Positions 49,328-64,000 of a stretch of 64,000 nucleotides of DNA are shown here, in pieces. The notes under the pieces were generated by a model. That model ran no database searches. It was not told where the DNA came from and saw only the letters and a program-made list of their open reading frames with translations. The position numbers and the translations under genes were made by a program. The DNA comes from Antedon mediterranea (taxonomy: Eukaryota > Animalia > Echinodermata). Numbering within the stretch: the first letter of the stretch is position 1; the number at the start of each line of letters is the position of its first letter. The stretch covers positions 20,319,432 to 20,383,431 of the forward strand of contig NC_092679.1 of the NCBI RefSeq assembly GCF_964355755.1, given 5' to 3'.

Positions 49328-52300
49328 CTTTTGGTTGGTGACATTTATGTTTTTGGTACTCTTCTAAAATGAAACATTCTTAACAATGGTCATATATTAC
49401 ATAAACGTTTGTAGGACGGATAGCCTACGCAAGAATAAAACCAGATCATATCGAAAATAACCGTTTGTTAATTACTCTTGTTTGGTAAAACACAGGTGGG
49501 GTGATAATTATGGCGAGAACTTGATAGTTTGGTTGAATTCCATTCATTCCACACTCTCCATAATTAGTATTCTCTACGAACCTATCAATTTAACGAATGA
49601 CACATGCAATTACCACGTAACTTATCAGACAAAATAATCACATTGGAAATTAAGTATTTGGCCGTATACGTCCATTACTTTACTAATTGAGGTTTCTACG
49701 AATGAATTGTTTTCGTGATATTTTGAAAAAATTAAGTAAATAACTAAAATTCCGTGACATATTTTTTTTTTCACTTTGTGGGTAACGCTCACTTTTATTA
49801 GCTTATTTGTCTTGTTTTTTCAAATATCTTATCAGTTTTTATTTATCATTGTAGATTTATTATAGGCCTACATTTTATTTATTTTTTATATACAATGGAA
49901 GCAACGTAGCGCATATAACGCATGCGTACGCGCGCTTAAAATTCAAAATTTATTTTCTATGAAATTCGAGTACGTTTCAGCCAATTTAAGCGTTTAAAAA
50001 ATTGCCATGAGTGCGCAGATTTGTGTGCGCACACTGCACGTTAAACATTAATGCACGTGGACATGCGAGTGTGAACAACGTCTCCCAGTCGAGATTCGAA
50101 CCCGGGCGTTTGAATTGGTAATTATGGTCCACTTGTTTATTACATTTTATTTATACTTTGACATAATTTATTAAATGCATGCTAAACATATTTTTTTACA
50201 TTTTCATATCTTGTTATTTGTTCAATATCACCTTATGTAAAAAAAATCTATTCTCGTATATTAGCATATTTAGTCGACTGAACGAATATATAGGCTACTA
50301 AACATTTTGTTTATATTTTCTTGTAGTATTTAATATATTATGTACAAAATTTGCAATGTTTGCAAGTCTTCACATTTGCAAATGTTTTAAAACATTATTA
50401 TCGTATTGTTAGGACATTTATTCATAGACTACTACGAGATAAGTGGCTCAAAATGTATATAGCCGCGTGACTTAGTGAACTTTAGCGAACGAGGAATAAT
50501 TTTTCGCTCATCCAATTCAGTAATTTGTCGCGAGGTTATTCATACCACCTACTAATCCTTGTTACTAATTTTTTTGTTTTTATCTAGCGTAATCATTCCC
50601 AAAATAGCCGGTGTTGAATAAATACATGTGCTAATATTACCTAGGCCTATGAAATTAGGTTGGATGATTCGCTGGAAATACTTTACTGCTTCGACAGTAG
50701 TCGTAATCCGCAATTTGCCATCTATATTTCGAAGCCTATTATATAAAATACTGAGCCTGTTTTTATCGAAGATAAGCACTTATTTTGTCACAATTATAAC
50801 CAAATATAGATGAGGATGAACTTGTTCGTAAGTAGTGTACGGTATTACACGGTATTAGGATGGGTAATTGGAATGAGCGCGTACAGTGTGGTTAGCCAAT
50901 GAGATCCCACTAGATTAGCGGCGATTCAGTAATATACTGTACTGTATAATGTACACAGATTTTGATTATTTTTTCTAAAAATATGTGTCGAAACTGCTAT
51001 TTGTGTAGAGTATTAAAAACATATCTCTAACGGAAGTTTTGATGTTATGATTTTGATCTTTTTCTATTTTTATATAAACTCCTTTAAAAGATTGGGATCA
51101 ATATATATATCAACCAAACAAACTTCTATGTATCTTACTTTCTATGTAATAGCTGCATGTTATCAATGTAAATTATACTTGACCTTGAGTCAAATTTATC
51201 AACCAGACTTAGGCAAATATATTTTGCTTACTAAGTCAGATTGCAAAGTAACCTAAGAAAATATTTTCACGTATTTTTCTTGAATCGTAAGTGACAAAGT
51301 TCTGTAGGATAAAAAGAACTGATTTTGATAAAATAAAGCCTATGTTTTTCACTTAAGCACTTCTGACTTAAGCAAAAAAAAAATTTTCATTTTTTAAAGG
51401 AATGATTCTGGATAAAAATCCAGGTGAAGAGAGAGAAAGCGAGGACTCGGTTAACAACCACAAATAAAGTTTTAAAGAATTGCACAAAATAACTGAAATG
51501 TAATTTATGATAAAGTAGGCCTATAAATTTATGTTCTTAAGGATCTTTCACACGACGAAAAGTCGCGGTAAGCGCAATCTGACGCGCACCTGAACTGGAG
51601 CCGGACTTGACCAGAACAAGTGTAAACGACCCTTAAAGACGCTTAAACCGTCATTTTTGCGCAACCAAAGTGCAATCACTCCCATGTGAATACACCCCTT
51701 CACCTACTTATAACCAAATTGTTTCTCTAATAAGATTTGGATAATATAATTACGTTCAGACATAAGATTGGCTTGAGGGTCCGTGTTAGGACAAGATTGG
51801 GATTGATAACGGTCTTCTGCGCAGGTTTTGAAACCCAAAGCGTGCGCCAGCCAGGTGAAGCCATTGTAGGTGTCAATTAATAATGATTAGATACTTGGCC
51901 GACTCGATTGGTATAACCATAGGAATTACCCTAATTCATGTAGGCTATATGAATGAACTTAAAGCTAGGCTTAAGAATAATATTCTGCACTGCTTATAAT
52001 ATTAATACAATCATGTGTATAACTATTTATAAATTTAAAAAAAAAATTTAAATTGCTGTCAAATGTTTTCGATCTTTTTCTTTAAACAAAAATAACCAAA
52101 CTTTAAAATTCCTTCTTAAAAGATAATATTCTAATATTTAATATTGTAAAACCTATGTTGGTATGTATAGGCCTATATTTCTAATGCCTCTCTGCTTCGT
52201 GCTCGCTTGTCGGTTGTGGTATGTTGATATCATAATAATCAGATACGAAAGAGATGTGTTACATCTTATAAATGTGTATAGTATCACAAAAAGTATGCGT

Positions 52301-54096
52301 CCAATGTACGCGCTCGAGACGCAAGATAGCTATGTCAAGGTCGTGTATTAGTATTTTAAGCGATGGTTAGGCCCTAAATCAGGTTACCCTGGCTATTCTG
52401 ACGCTACCAGGGACAGGGGATGTTGCAGCCCCTATACCCCCTACACACCACTAGCACATTTTAAATAATGCGATTCCACTCTGTTGGAGTAAGAGGTCAC
52501 TCTTGCGAGGAGTGTGCTTAAAGGACCACTGTGAAATTCACTCCTCGCAGATTGAACTAATTTACATCATTTCAGACAATATTTTAACCACTCTAAATTA
52601 GTTTGAAATGTGTGCTTAAACAACACTCATTAATGATTTTCACTCATGATAGAGTGAACTACTTCAAGCAATTAAATCATTTCAAACAATTTTAATCACT
52701 CTAAAAAAGTGAAAACTTAGTCAGTTTTAATCTAAACAGCGAGTATTATTTTCACTCGTTTAGTAAGGTTGTAGGATAGAGAGCCGGGAGCTAAGAATGT
52801 CTGAAATAGTAATATTTTTGAGTACCATTTAAATCGGTAAAACTTAAATATTTTATGTAACCAATCTGTCAACAGTCATTAGTGTTAATTATGTCGCATG
52901 TGGTGTACTTTGTGGTACTATGCCCACGTGTCAAAAATGTCAACCCATAGACCTATATTATATTTAGGCCAGGCTGCAAAGAGAGGTTGAATCAAAAATA
53001 TTAACTTAATTTATTATGTGTGTATTTATTTGTTCTGGCTTACAGCTTTGCGGTCAGGATTCTATTAACATAACATCTTTAAATTCTGGTATTCCTGGAC
53101 GATTAGTTTGGAACGGGCAGACGATCAAGATTACGCGGGCGATAATGGGGAGATGATAAATAATGCAAAAGAAAAGAATGTGAGGATGATGCGGAGAATG
53201 AATGAGAGATAGATTACAATGATTGTAGTGATTACATTATAAAAATAATTATGATTAAGAGAGTGATTAATTGTGATATTGGAGTTGATTTTGACGAAAA
53301 TGTATTGCTTGGACGATTACTGTACCGAAATGACAATGAAGATTACGTTATTAGTTATTAATATAGGGCCTAATACACTAATGAAGATTGTCCTAGTAAT
53401 GAAGATCTCCGTGTTGATTTGCGGAAGTCTTAATGTTATATAATCTAAACCGACAACTATTCGTTTACAATTTCATTCACAAATTGTATAAACTCTCTCT
53501 TGGGTAAATTGAGATTACTGATATGGAACTATTACGTTAGATTCGAACCTCTGAGATGACACGGTTAAATGGTTGTTTTCTTTAGGGTCAATCGATACCG
53601 TAGATCTATTATAAAACGACATTAGAGATGGCAATCTCTCCGTAGAGGAATGGAACGTAATCCTTCTGTTGATTTTCTACAGCCTAGCCCATCTGTTTTA
53701 CGCCCGTATAAGCAAACCACGCTAGCATACTGTAATCCTGGCGTACGAGGACCACTTTAAAATATTATTAGGTGTCATGTTGAAGCGTAAGTTGTGTTTT
53801 ATCACCTGTGTGTTTATGTACATTCGGTTTGTTTAACTGACCTACAAAATTACACTGTACACCTCACAGATGCAACGCCTTGCTGCAGAACAGAAACAAA
53901 AATGTGAAACTTTAATTAATCATGGACTAATAGTAATCTATATTAATAATCTAATCAACATATTATTTTATGATTGCGTACCGTACAACATCGAGGACGT
54001 TAGTTACTGTTTTTACCACAACAATTTTTTGTTTGATGTGTGTAAACTCTGGAGTTTTGCCAGGTGATGTGAAGAGGTAAGAGAAACTGCAGTCAG

Positions 54097-54160
54097 TTTA
54101 ATCTACACGCGTTTAATCTACACGCGTTTAATCTAAACGCGTTTAATCTACATGCGTTTA
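54097..54160. repeat. 15-bp tandem repeat (tttaatctacacgcg)x4
   Basis: Directly visible. Confidence 0.9.
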
Positions 54161-54503
54161 GTACAGTACGAGTATTTATGAAACAATTCGGCAAAGACGG
54201 AATGTGTGCATTGTGATTAATGCTATATGATTAAAAGTAGTTAACGCTATGTAATCACCGTTGTGGACTATTACATAGTTGATGTTGAACTAATCGAACT
54301 GTATTCTCGTTAGGTAAGTTTATTACCAGTTCATTAACACAATGTTCACCTTAACTTATTATCGTTGACTTAGAAATCAATGGTGTGCATTATTAGACTT
54401 ATACTCTACATTTTGAGCATTACTAGTGTCATGCTATTCATTTTTTGGACATTTTTTTTAAAAGAAAAATCTCTGTACTTTGTAGTATACAGTAGTAATA
54501 TTA

Positions 54504-54660
54504 AGCTTATTTCTACACTGTCAAACTTTATGTGACAAAAAAATGTGATGTGCCCACACGATGATGTCACATAACTACCATATTAGGGCACATCACCCTT
54601 TTTATTTTGTAAAACTTGTTTGACCATGGAGGTCCATGGTTTGATAGTGTAGACAGAGCA
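54504..54660. mobile_element. MITE family A copy (diverged)
   Basis: tctacactgtcaaac ... gtttgatagtgtagacagagc, TTA flanks. Confidence 0.75.
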
Positions 54661-57479
54661 TTATTCAAGCTTCATTGCCGTCACTCATGGTGCCCGGATT
54701 TCATACGGCTAGGCCTGTCTTGGGAACAATAAACAGTCACTTCCCACTACAACCATTCTCGCACATACTATTTTTTAAATACGTTATGTCAGCTGTTTGG
54801 TAGAATGGTTACACGTTTAGCCCACTAATCGTAAATACAATGGCTAGCGTGTTGAAATATCTGGTTCAAATCTATCTAGTTCCTCTCGACATAAAACTGC
54901 CACACAGTTTATATAGTGTCATACGATAATCGCCTATTATTAAGTACTCGCTGTGTGTAGAGACCTATATTTGATGCTTATAAGCTGACCTAGGTACGTG
55001 GTACGGCAATATTCCATTAGCCATAAGATTAGTAGGTAATTTACCTCTATGACGAGGAAAGGCATTCTCTGTTGACCACATTCCTGTTTAAACGACAAGC
55101 ATAATACTGTAAAATACAACTATCACACTACCAAATCATATAAACATAAATATAGATGCATGTATATATCTATAGGATGTAAAACATACGAGAAAAACAT
55201 TTTTAATTAACGTAAATCATGTTTTAAAACTATGGACTACGACTGCAATTTGTTTTAGTTCAATGCCCATTTTATCTACACGTATATGTGTGCAATAAAT
55301 ATCAGAAATGATATTAATGAGATGTAAAATGCGTTTGTGTTGCTTATGCGTTCTTATTCAATATCCATCTCCGACTTATCTTGCGTTCGAAATTTTATTA
55401 TTCGACAAAAGCAACCAGTGATGTGTTTTTAGGCGTACATTGACCATTATTTTCTACCACTTTATCCACTGGATCTATAACATGGTATATGTTTCAATTG
55501 ACCCTTTGGCGTAACGTTTAGGCCTACTCTCTCTTTGTCACTCAGCGCGGCTCACCCACAATTATTATCTTCCTAAAAGTTTTTGTACAAATTGCTCATT
55601 GTTGGCGCTATAGAACAACGAGCAAACGAGACATTTTTGGCAGTTTGATTGTTTATCATATTTTGAGTCGGCTGTAGTGTATAGTTCTTTAAAGTATCTT
55701 TTGGCGGTAATAATTGTTGTATCGTCTGCTTTAGGTTTTTTTTCTGAATTTCCTAGCGGAATTTTTTGTCTGTTAAAATGAGTTCTGCGAATGTATTTAG
55801 CCTATTTTTTGTAATACTCAAAACCAAAGAGGGTTTTATTCACCTAGAAAGGTTTGACACCATTTTCAGTAGAAAATAAAATAGATATTTAATAGTTTAA
55901 TGCACGTAGATTATTCCTGAATAGTATCCATATGACGACGAAGCTAGAAGGCTACTTGATCTGCTAAACCATTCCTATTATGGAAACATATTTACGATCA
56001 TATTTAGGCCTACATCGATTTATAATCTCACTAGGAATTTTATGGCGCACTTTTAGTTTGGCGCCAAATTGTGGATGTGTTTTTGAACGACTGTTTCGAG
56101 CCTTTTAAGGAAATCTTAGTGACAAATCAATAATTATGCACGAGTGATTCATTTAAAAGAATAATTTTCCATTTTAGATTTATTACATAATTTATTAATT
56201 CAATTTTTTAAGATGTAAAAATAAGTGGTTGCTTGACATTTATCTTTTCAATTTTTGTATGTTATGGTGTTGCTAGGCCTGGCTTATTATGATGGTAAAA
56301 AAAAAAAGAAAATACGAAACAAACAGAACTCAACTAAAATGTATTAATTGAATCATAAATCCCTCCTAAATATGTTACACTTTTCTAACTGTTCTGTTTT
56401 TGTTTCTTTTTTTAGCGCAATTCATCGATCACTATTTTACCCAGGCGCGCTGAATAAAAAGAAAGAAAATGTAGTAAAAGAACATAATCAAAGGTTTGTA
56501 CATCATTTAATTACATTTCTTTTAAATTATGTTACAATTTATATACAATTTTTTCCAAAATGTTCGTTAGACATTGACGATGTTGTTATTATGGAGCCAC
56601 ATAAAATATCAAAAAACAACCGCTTGTCTCATTCTCAATGTTTATTGGGTTTTCCACAAACTATAGTTTTTAGTGGACTTCTTACCACAAGCCCCTTGGT
56701 TTTTCCTGTAGGTCTATTTCTCCTTTTTAATATTTGTTTTACTCCTTTTTTATGTGTTTTGTTATTAGATGAATAACGAGAAAATTGATCAAAATTGTTC
56801 AATTTTCTCGTCACTCTGAATGTGTATTGGTACCACAAAGTTGTATATTTTTATTACCTGAAGTTAATTGTCACAGACCATGGAAACAGATTGGCAATAA
56901 TATCATTTTGTGTGTGCATTATTCACTCCTTAAAGTAGCCTATACTAATTGTCGACAAATTGTAAACATCGTAAACAATTCTCCAGTGTGTAAAAATTTA
57001 TGGTTCGTGTGGACATCAATTGCGAATCTCATAAATATTCATAGTTATTTTAAGTGCTTAAAAAAAAAATATTGATATGGTGAAAGAAATGTTCTTAATT
57101 TGATATTATTTTGGATATAACTAGTATGAAGTATAATTGGTTGGGGGTTTTCGTTCCTATAGAGAATAGTTGCATTTTATGTCGGTGTATGATAAATCTT
57201 ACATTCGATGCGCATCGGAAAAGATAAGGTTTCGTCGTAAAATTACTTTTCGTTGTGTTTCGCTAAACAACTAGGGTTAAACCAAGTTTTCTTTCATACT
57301 TTTACGGGATCATTTTTCACTCTTCCAATATGGATATTCGGAACACTAGAGAGGGTATTCCGTATCAGAGAGGGCACTAATATCAAGGAAAGTGCTAGGC
57401 CTACTGCATTCTTAACCAACAGTAAATAGTAGAGCTGTACTAGTACCGCATATACGTACTCAGATAGTACGTATACTGT

Positions 57480-57840
57480 AGTTCTCGCACTGCTCCGAAT
57501 AAAATATCGCATACAGTAGAAGTACAGGAGTACAGTGTACTCGCTCGCACTTATCTGAATACTAATAAAATGTACATAATATCGCATACAATAGAAGTAC
57601 AGTGTACTAGTACTCACTCGCACTTTTTCTGAATACTAATAAATGTACACAATATCGCATACAGTTGAAGTACAGTAGTTCTGTACTGCTAGTACCTGCT
57701 CGCACTACTCTGAATACCACACAACAATCTTAATATCGCACACAGTAGAGTACTGCTAAACTCGCACTTTTGAATACTAAAAAAATGTACATAGTATCGC
57801 AGTACAATACTGATTATAATACTGTACTCGCTCGCACTGT
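57480..57840. repeat. Imperfect ~65-75 bp tandem repeat (ctcgcact..tctgaatactaataaaatgtacataatatcgcatacagtagaagtacag)
   Basis: About 5 copies. Confidence 0.75.
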
Positions 57841-58927
57841 TGTTACAGTCAGCTATTGTAAATACTCCTATTACTAGACGGTGGTTATTAATGGTAGATG
57901 GACCAACAGCTCAATAGCTACTCTGAACGCCTCTAATGGCCCGTGAAGGGTAGAAATTAACTGCAGATGACTCGAATTCTCTCACTCGATCGATCCCTTT
58001 GCCGGTTTTCTTTGGACAGTTGCCTTTCAACGCGATCATAATCATTCCTTATTTCCTTTCATCTCATTGGTTGATATCGTGAGCAAAGCAAACTATGTGA
58101 CGTAATATTTGACGAATATTTATGTCTCAAATAAAATCAATAATCGAGTAAAGATGCCTTATGTATAGCGCACGGCGTTATTTCAATCTCAGATTTCACT
58201 TCATGTTCTTCGTCAATTTCTATACTTCGTATCATCGTTAGATATTTTTTTTTTAAATCGAAACGGATTTTTTAAACGTCGAAAGGTAACATTTAATTTG
58301 TTCTAACATTCATGTCGGGATTAATTATTTACGACATTGTCAGAATTGATTAGTTAGGTTTATATGTAAATACAAATTAACGGAGTCGCCGCAAGAACTT
58401 AGTTCCAGAGAGAGCCTGGGGTAGCTGGTTAGTATGCGTTATTAGGGAGACGTCTGCATAAAATATTGGCGGCATAAATTTCTGTTGACCAAGAACATGA
58501 GTGGTCCTAATTTATTTTTCAATATTCGTACATATTTAAACTATAGAGAACCCTCGATGTTTAAACTGCTCTTAACCGAAGTTAAGTATAAATAGGCTGT
58601 ATTGAAAGTGTAAAATTGCAACGATATAAATGATTGTTGTTTTTTTATTTATTATTAATTCTATCAATAATTAATTTGTTTGCATTTTCATGTAATTTCT
58701 TGTTATGCTATAGAAATGGTTAAAAAAAATCTAGACGTCAGCTATTATAACGTTACTTTTTTACTTAAAATTTTGCTTTACCTCGTGTTTCTTGGTAATT
58801 AGGTGTTCATGCTGTTGTCTAGTTTTTATGTTTTTATTTCTTCTTTTTTTATTTTAGAGGCTATTGGTGACAGATATTACTTCATTTCTTTTATTTAAGC
58901 AACGACTGAATTTGTTTTTGTATTTTA

Positions 58928-59131
58928 AGCTTTATTTATATTATCAAACTAACTTGATCAAAGAAGAGTGATGTGTCCAACTATGGTAGTGATATGCTCA
59001 AATATGGTAGTGATATGCTCAAATATGGTAGTGATATGCTCAAATATGGTAGTGATATGACATCATCGTGTCCATTATAATGGGCACATTACACTTTTTT
59101 GTCACATAAACTTTGATAGTGTAGATAGGGC
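58928..59131. mobile_element. MITE family A copy (reverse orientation, diverged)
   Basis: Internal (tggtagtgatatgctcaaata)x3-4. Ends ctttgatagtgtagata. Confidence 0.7.
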
Positions 59132-60049
59132 AGGAATGTTTTGGTTTTGAATAAACTTGATAAAAATAAATTGTTGTAAAAGCAAACATCTGTAATATAC
59201 GATCACTGTACAATTATTGTAATATTATATTATTATTATTAATTATTCGCAAAATTATATTCTGAACGTTAATTAACTTTCTGCTTAGATTTGGAGTTTT
59301 GTTAAAAGTATAGTTATGACACGCTATTTGTGCCAAAAATGTTTTTCTAAACGAATATTAAACAATGTGGCTGACCAGAACCGGACTATGGGTATACCTT
59401 ATACACAAACCCAGTACTAACCACATAATCTACAGTACTAAATTTACTAGGCTTATTTTTTGAACTACTACTGATCAGATGCAAACTATTTGACGTGAAG
59501 TTATTAGCTCGTTTCTGTTACAAGGTCTCGTGGTTCGTGATTGGTCATTTCTATATGTCAAATTGTTAATAAATAAACAAATACAGATGAGTCGCAGTTA
59601 AAAATAAATGTCACAAATAAAAACATGACGAAGATGGCTGTTATAACACGCGCCCATTAATTGTCGCATGTTTATTTAAGTGCCCTAAATTAGTATGCAG
59701 ATACAATGTATAGCGTTTGTCAAACAGTTACCGATATCATCACTAATTGCTTTATACTAAATCAAGCCAGCATGTGTATCAAGCCTTTCAGAATTGTTTA
59801 CATTCAGTTTCCATGGCAACCAACCACGCAATTGAGGGCATCCTAACAGTCAATCATGATTACGTATCGGGACATTTTGACATGTATTAAATTATCTTTG
59901 TCGACAGAATCAGTTCTTTATTGTCATATGACGTCATAGATACTTCGCTAATACGATTAATAGTACATTATATTGATGAAATTTCAGTAAATTCACCCAT
60001 GAATGCGTTTTGTAATCATTGTGATTTTGGATATGAAGCCAATCTTTAG

Positions 60050-60275
60050 CAAGAACGTAGACGTAACGCGCGAGCGACTTGAAAAAGCAACAGTTCCAAT
60101 TATCTATCGCTTGTGATTGGTCAAATCACTTAAGTTGCGTTACGTCTCAAGTAAGACCCAAGCATTTTGGACGCATAAGGACGCCGAAAGCGCAACGAAA
60201 GTAATTTGACCATTCGCGACACGATGGCTCATCGAGCTGTCTATTGTGATTGGTCTAATTGCTTGCATCCGAGTG
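60050..60275. mobile_element. Degenerate MITE family B fragments
   Basis: tcgcttgtgattggtcaaatcactta.gttgcgttacgtc and gcaacg.aagtaatttgacca.tcgc motifs. Confidence 0.5.
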
Positions 60276-60954
60276 GAGATCTAGATTTAGCCCTATCACA
60301 GTTTTCCTCCATTGATAAACTCCATCTGAACACCAACATGTTTATCATAACTCGTTATAGACACCATCGCGTCAACACTATCAACTCACCGGCATGTCGT
60401 CGACTTTCTACAGTCTTCTGGCACTACTGCATAAGCAGTACAAACCCTTACCACATCATTAACATCATCACGATCAATATAATATCATTTATCTTCGTCA
60501 TGATAATTGTTGTCGTCATCATTATCGTCATCCATCATCATCATCATCATCATCATCGTAATAATTTATCCCAAAAAACATCATTTATCACCATAATCTC
60601 TTTCATCAAAGAAAAAATACACACACATACATCGTCATCATAATTAAATACCAACAATTCCGTGTAGGCTCTAATTAGGAAAAAAAATAGTAATACAAAT
60701 ATAGAATCCAGCTCAATTGTTTTTTAAAATGTAAGCAGTTTAGTTTTATCAATAAACACTTATCTCTTATTTACTATGATGTTGATGTTTTTCAAATCTC
60801 ACGAATCCCCAAGTGATATCTTCAGATGATATTTTGTGAACAACACTTGAATGATTTACAACTCAAAGCTTATGTCCATTACTTATTTATATTTTAAAAC
60901 GTTTAAATTCAATATGTACAATTTAACGTCCTTAGTAACACCGACATAAGGTTG

Positions 60955-61097
60955 ACGCGCGCGTGTTCATCGATCTTTGAATGCGCGCGATTTCAACAAT
61001 CTTTAAACGCGCTGGTGTTCAACGATATTTGAACGCGCGCGTGTTTATCGATATTTGAACGCGCGCGTGTTCATTGATCCTTAAACGTGCGCGTGTT
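60955..61097. repeat. CpG-rich ~23-bp tandem repeat (gaacgcgcgcgtgttcatcgatattt-like)
   Basis: About 6 copies. Related acgcgcgcg arrays at 34330-34500 and 27700-27790. Confidence 0.7.
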
Positions 61098-62119
61098 GGT
61101 TTGGGCTAGTGATGATGTAATCAATTCAAATCAATAATCAATTAACCATATGTTTTTTTTTTACTTGAATTTTTCTTGAAGTATACAATAATACTCGGGG
61201 TGCTGCACCGTTGTCAATTTATATTTGTGCCTGAAATTACCTGCAAATTGAATTAAATAAAATAAAGTATGTATGTGACACGCACGTAATAAATGTGACC
61301 AACAGTCAATCACGTTATATTAAAGTGCACTTTAGTATTTTAGTCCTCGAATTGTACTCGCAAGTATATTGCCTGTTATGGTAAAAGTGTAACCGTATAA
61401 TTATAAAAACATTAACTTTCTCAGTTTTCGATTTGTACGCCTTGAACGTGATGTTCAACTTTTGCGTTAGCTTGGTAATTGATCACGTGGACAATGTTAT
61501 ATCATTAGACATGTATTGACAGTTTAGAGCAATATTGTAGGTCTTAATGGTGTGATTTACGAAGTGGGCGGGAGGGAGTACAACATGTTTAGACTATGAA
61601 CTCGTACAAGTACGCAGCAGCAATGTTGTTCAATCGTTCCTCGTACCCTCTCCCAACCAACATAAAAAAAATGTCATTATAGCGTTCCATAATAGGTTTT
61701 GTAAATTGTATTGTTCCGTTAATATCAGGGAAGGGCAATAAAATACACGGAAATCTAATGTCAACTTGCTACAATTCGCGGTATCTTTTCCCCATGGTTA
61801 ATACGGATATTTGCCACCGACGTTACATTAGCAATAAAATTGAAATTGCCTGAAAACTAATGATGCTTGTTAGATACGTTTGAATTCACTTAAAGATGCA
61901 TCTGAAACATATTGATAACAATGTTTGATTGTTTATGATAGAGTTTTTGTTTCAGAAAAAAAAACCAAGATCAACTTTGGGGGTTTAGTTACATTAATTG
62001 TTCAAGACTAATATTGATTCCGTTCATTTAAAAAAAAAAGATATTTTATCTATAATCGAGTGGTGAGAGATCTCGTTGAACAAAGGACAGGAGGACAGTT
62101 ACGTTCTCCCCTAGTATAA

Positions 62120-62271
62120 AGCTTTATCTGCACTATCAAACTGTATGTGTGATGTGCCCAAACATGTAGTGATAATATGCTTAAAGATGGTACAGTAGTG
62201 CTATGACATCATCATGTCCATTATAGGCACATCATTTTTATCACATAAAGTCTGATAGTGTAGACTGAGCT
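62120..62271. mobile_element. MITE family A copy
   Basis: cactatcaaac ... gatagtgtagactgagct, TAA on both sides. Confidence 0.8.
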
Positions 62272-62345
62272 TAACAGTATTAAAAAAAAGGTGTATTACG
62301 TGTTCCCATTGTTCATTGCTGGCATCGGAGTATCGGTGTGTATAA

Positions 62346-62505
62346 AACTCTGTCTACACTATCAAACTAGTTGGACATAAAAAGTGTGATGTGCCCAAAT
62401 ATGGTACGGATATGATCAAATATGGTAGTGATATAACATCACCATGTCCATATATGGGCACATCACATTTTTTGTCACATAAAGTTTGATAGTGTAGACA
62501 GAAGT
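62346..62505. mobile_element. MITE family A copy
   Basis: ctctgtctacactatcaaac ... gtttgatagtgtagacaga, TAA on both sides. Confidence 0.85.
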
Positions 62506-63336
62506 TAACATATCATTGGGATGAAAGTTTGAATGAATGTACTGTACGAAGATTAAACAGCAGGAAAAAATTAGAAATAATAATAAAAATAATACTGTAA
62601 ATTAACTGAAATTGTGTAAACCACCTGTCTAATTATGTAAAACAGGCGGTTCGTTTGATCTTATATGCATTACTATATTTCAAATTACCACTTGACGATG
62701 TATCATTAAACAGCTATTAATAATGGATTTATAAAAGATCTGAAATTGTAAGATGAAGCACTGTTTGTTTATCATCTACATTCTAAGGTTAAAGGTTAAA
62801 TAATGCTTCTACAAAAAGCAAATTGTTGTCTGCGTTCAAATGAAATTGATATTTTCACATCAATTCGACTCTTTACAACTTAATATTTTAAAGACCTATA
62901 CATTGTCATGTTTGATTTTCAATTTGAATTAGTATTTAATATGTTTGTCCATAATTTTTTTATGTTTTATGTAAAAGGGTCAAGGGTCAAAGGTAAAAAA
63001 TGGTTAACTTGCAAGATACTGTAATTCTATTATAACGATGACTAAATAAATGTAAATTAGAGAGATTCTCCGTTTCTGTATTCCGATAGAACCAACAGGA
63101 AAAAATACCAAAGAAAAGAGGGAGAGAGACTCAAAAATATTTGAACTTAGTGTTGGGCGGATTCATTTTCCGAAATTATTGCGGAATATTTGGAGAGAAA
63201 AACACATGTTTTTGTAAATAATTATTTTATTTACTCAATCATTGCCTTGTACCGTGATATCATAGTTACACACCATTGATGTCTTAATGATAATTAGTTG
63301 ATCTTTAACTTGTATTCGTGAATGAATGGAAGCTAA

Positions 63337-63457
63337 AGCTCTGTCTACACTATCAAACTTTATGTGAAAAAAAATGTAATGTGCCCATATATAAACATGA
63401 TGATGTCATATCACTACCATATTGGGAATATCACTACCATATTATTTAAGACAGAGA
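63337..63457. mobile_element. MITE family A copy, 3' truncated
   Basis: agctctgtctacactatcaaac plus two internal units. Right TIR mostly deleted. Confidence 0.75.
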
Positions 63458-64000
63458 GATGATAGAGACATTGATACGCGTCAATTCTAATGGTCACCAT
63501 AGCAATATCACGCATAGACAAGTGAAACAATACGTACGAGTTCCGTTATAGTGGAAATCAAATCAATAATATTTGATATGTTACTAAATGATGGAAAGAT
63601 GAGATTTGTAAATTTTGTTTTGTGGGCGTGGCCAGTAAATCTTGGAGAAATGAAGAACGTATAACATTTCTTGCTTTTTGTTTAGCCAATTAAATCAGTC
63701 AATTTCATATACGAGTGTTCGTTGTATGAATTAAACGTTTGTTTCTCTCTTTAGTAGCTATGCCCCACATTTTATTCTCCTTCAAATATTATAATTGCTT
63801 ATGTTTACATATTCCACAAAAGCGCAGAGTTGATCTGGAATTTCGAAGATGTCGAGGATCGGGACGGAAAATTTACCACTCTGCGCATGCTCATGTATTT
63901 CTGATACTCGAAAGACGTCGTGTGAACGCAAAGTCGCTAAAGTGTTCAATTAATAGGGGCGTCCCCTGGATAGGGATGTGCCAAAGAAGGTGTGAGGTGG

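Noticed and set aside
50085-50110. B-box-like gagattcgaacccgggcg
   Set aside because: Too short. At most a SINE/tRNA fragment without supporting structure.
56348-57623. ORFs of 96-142 aa
   Set aside because: Low-complexity AT-rich or repeat-derived translations without domain motifs.
60206-60643. 145-aa ORF with hydrophobic stretch and poly-His
   Set aside because: Starts in a MITE fragment and is built from degenerate (ATC/CAT)n microsatellite. No splice or homology support.

Overview
AT-rich eukaryotic (animal) genomic DNA with spliceosomal GT-AG introns. Repeat content and domain repertoire suggest a marine invertebrate such as an echinoderm, but this is inference. Positions 1-~1000 hold the 5' end (ORF1) of a non-LTR retrotransposon on the minus strand. 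Positions ~1.5-26.3 kb hold a tandem cluster of five + strand paralogous multi-exon genes, which I reconstructed exon by exon with phase-consistent splice sites. All share a tandem death-effector-domain (DED-DED, caspase-8/cFLIP-prodomain-like) exon but lack a caspase domain, and they differ in their flanking modules. Unit 1: [dead kinase]-DED2-TM-CUB-MAM. Unit 2: DED2-TRADD-N-like-DED2-TM-MAM. Unit 3: TKL kinase-DED2-ALF-like, with no TM. Unit 4: DED2-TM-ALF-like. Unit 5: DED2-TM-mucin stalk-ALF-like. The ~64-aa C-terminal module resembles a cysteine-less anti-lipopolysaccharide factor (ALF) fold. Together this looks like an exon-shuffled family of putative innate-immune sensors coupling swappable recognition domains to DED signalling, with relic exons that record the swaps and kB-like promoter sites. 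The remaining ~37 kb has no convincing coding exons and is filled with Harbinger-type MITEs, a tRNA-derived SINE, a Penelope-like pLTR fragment with a hammerhead-like core, and minisatellites.
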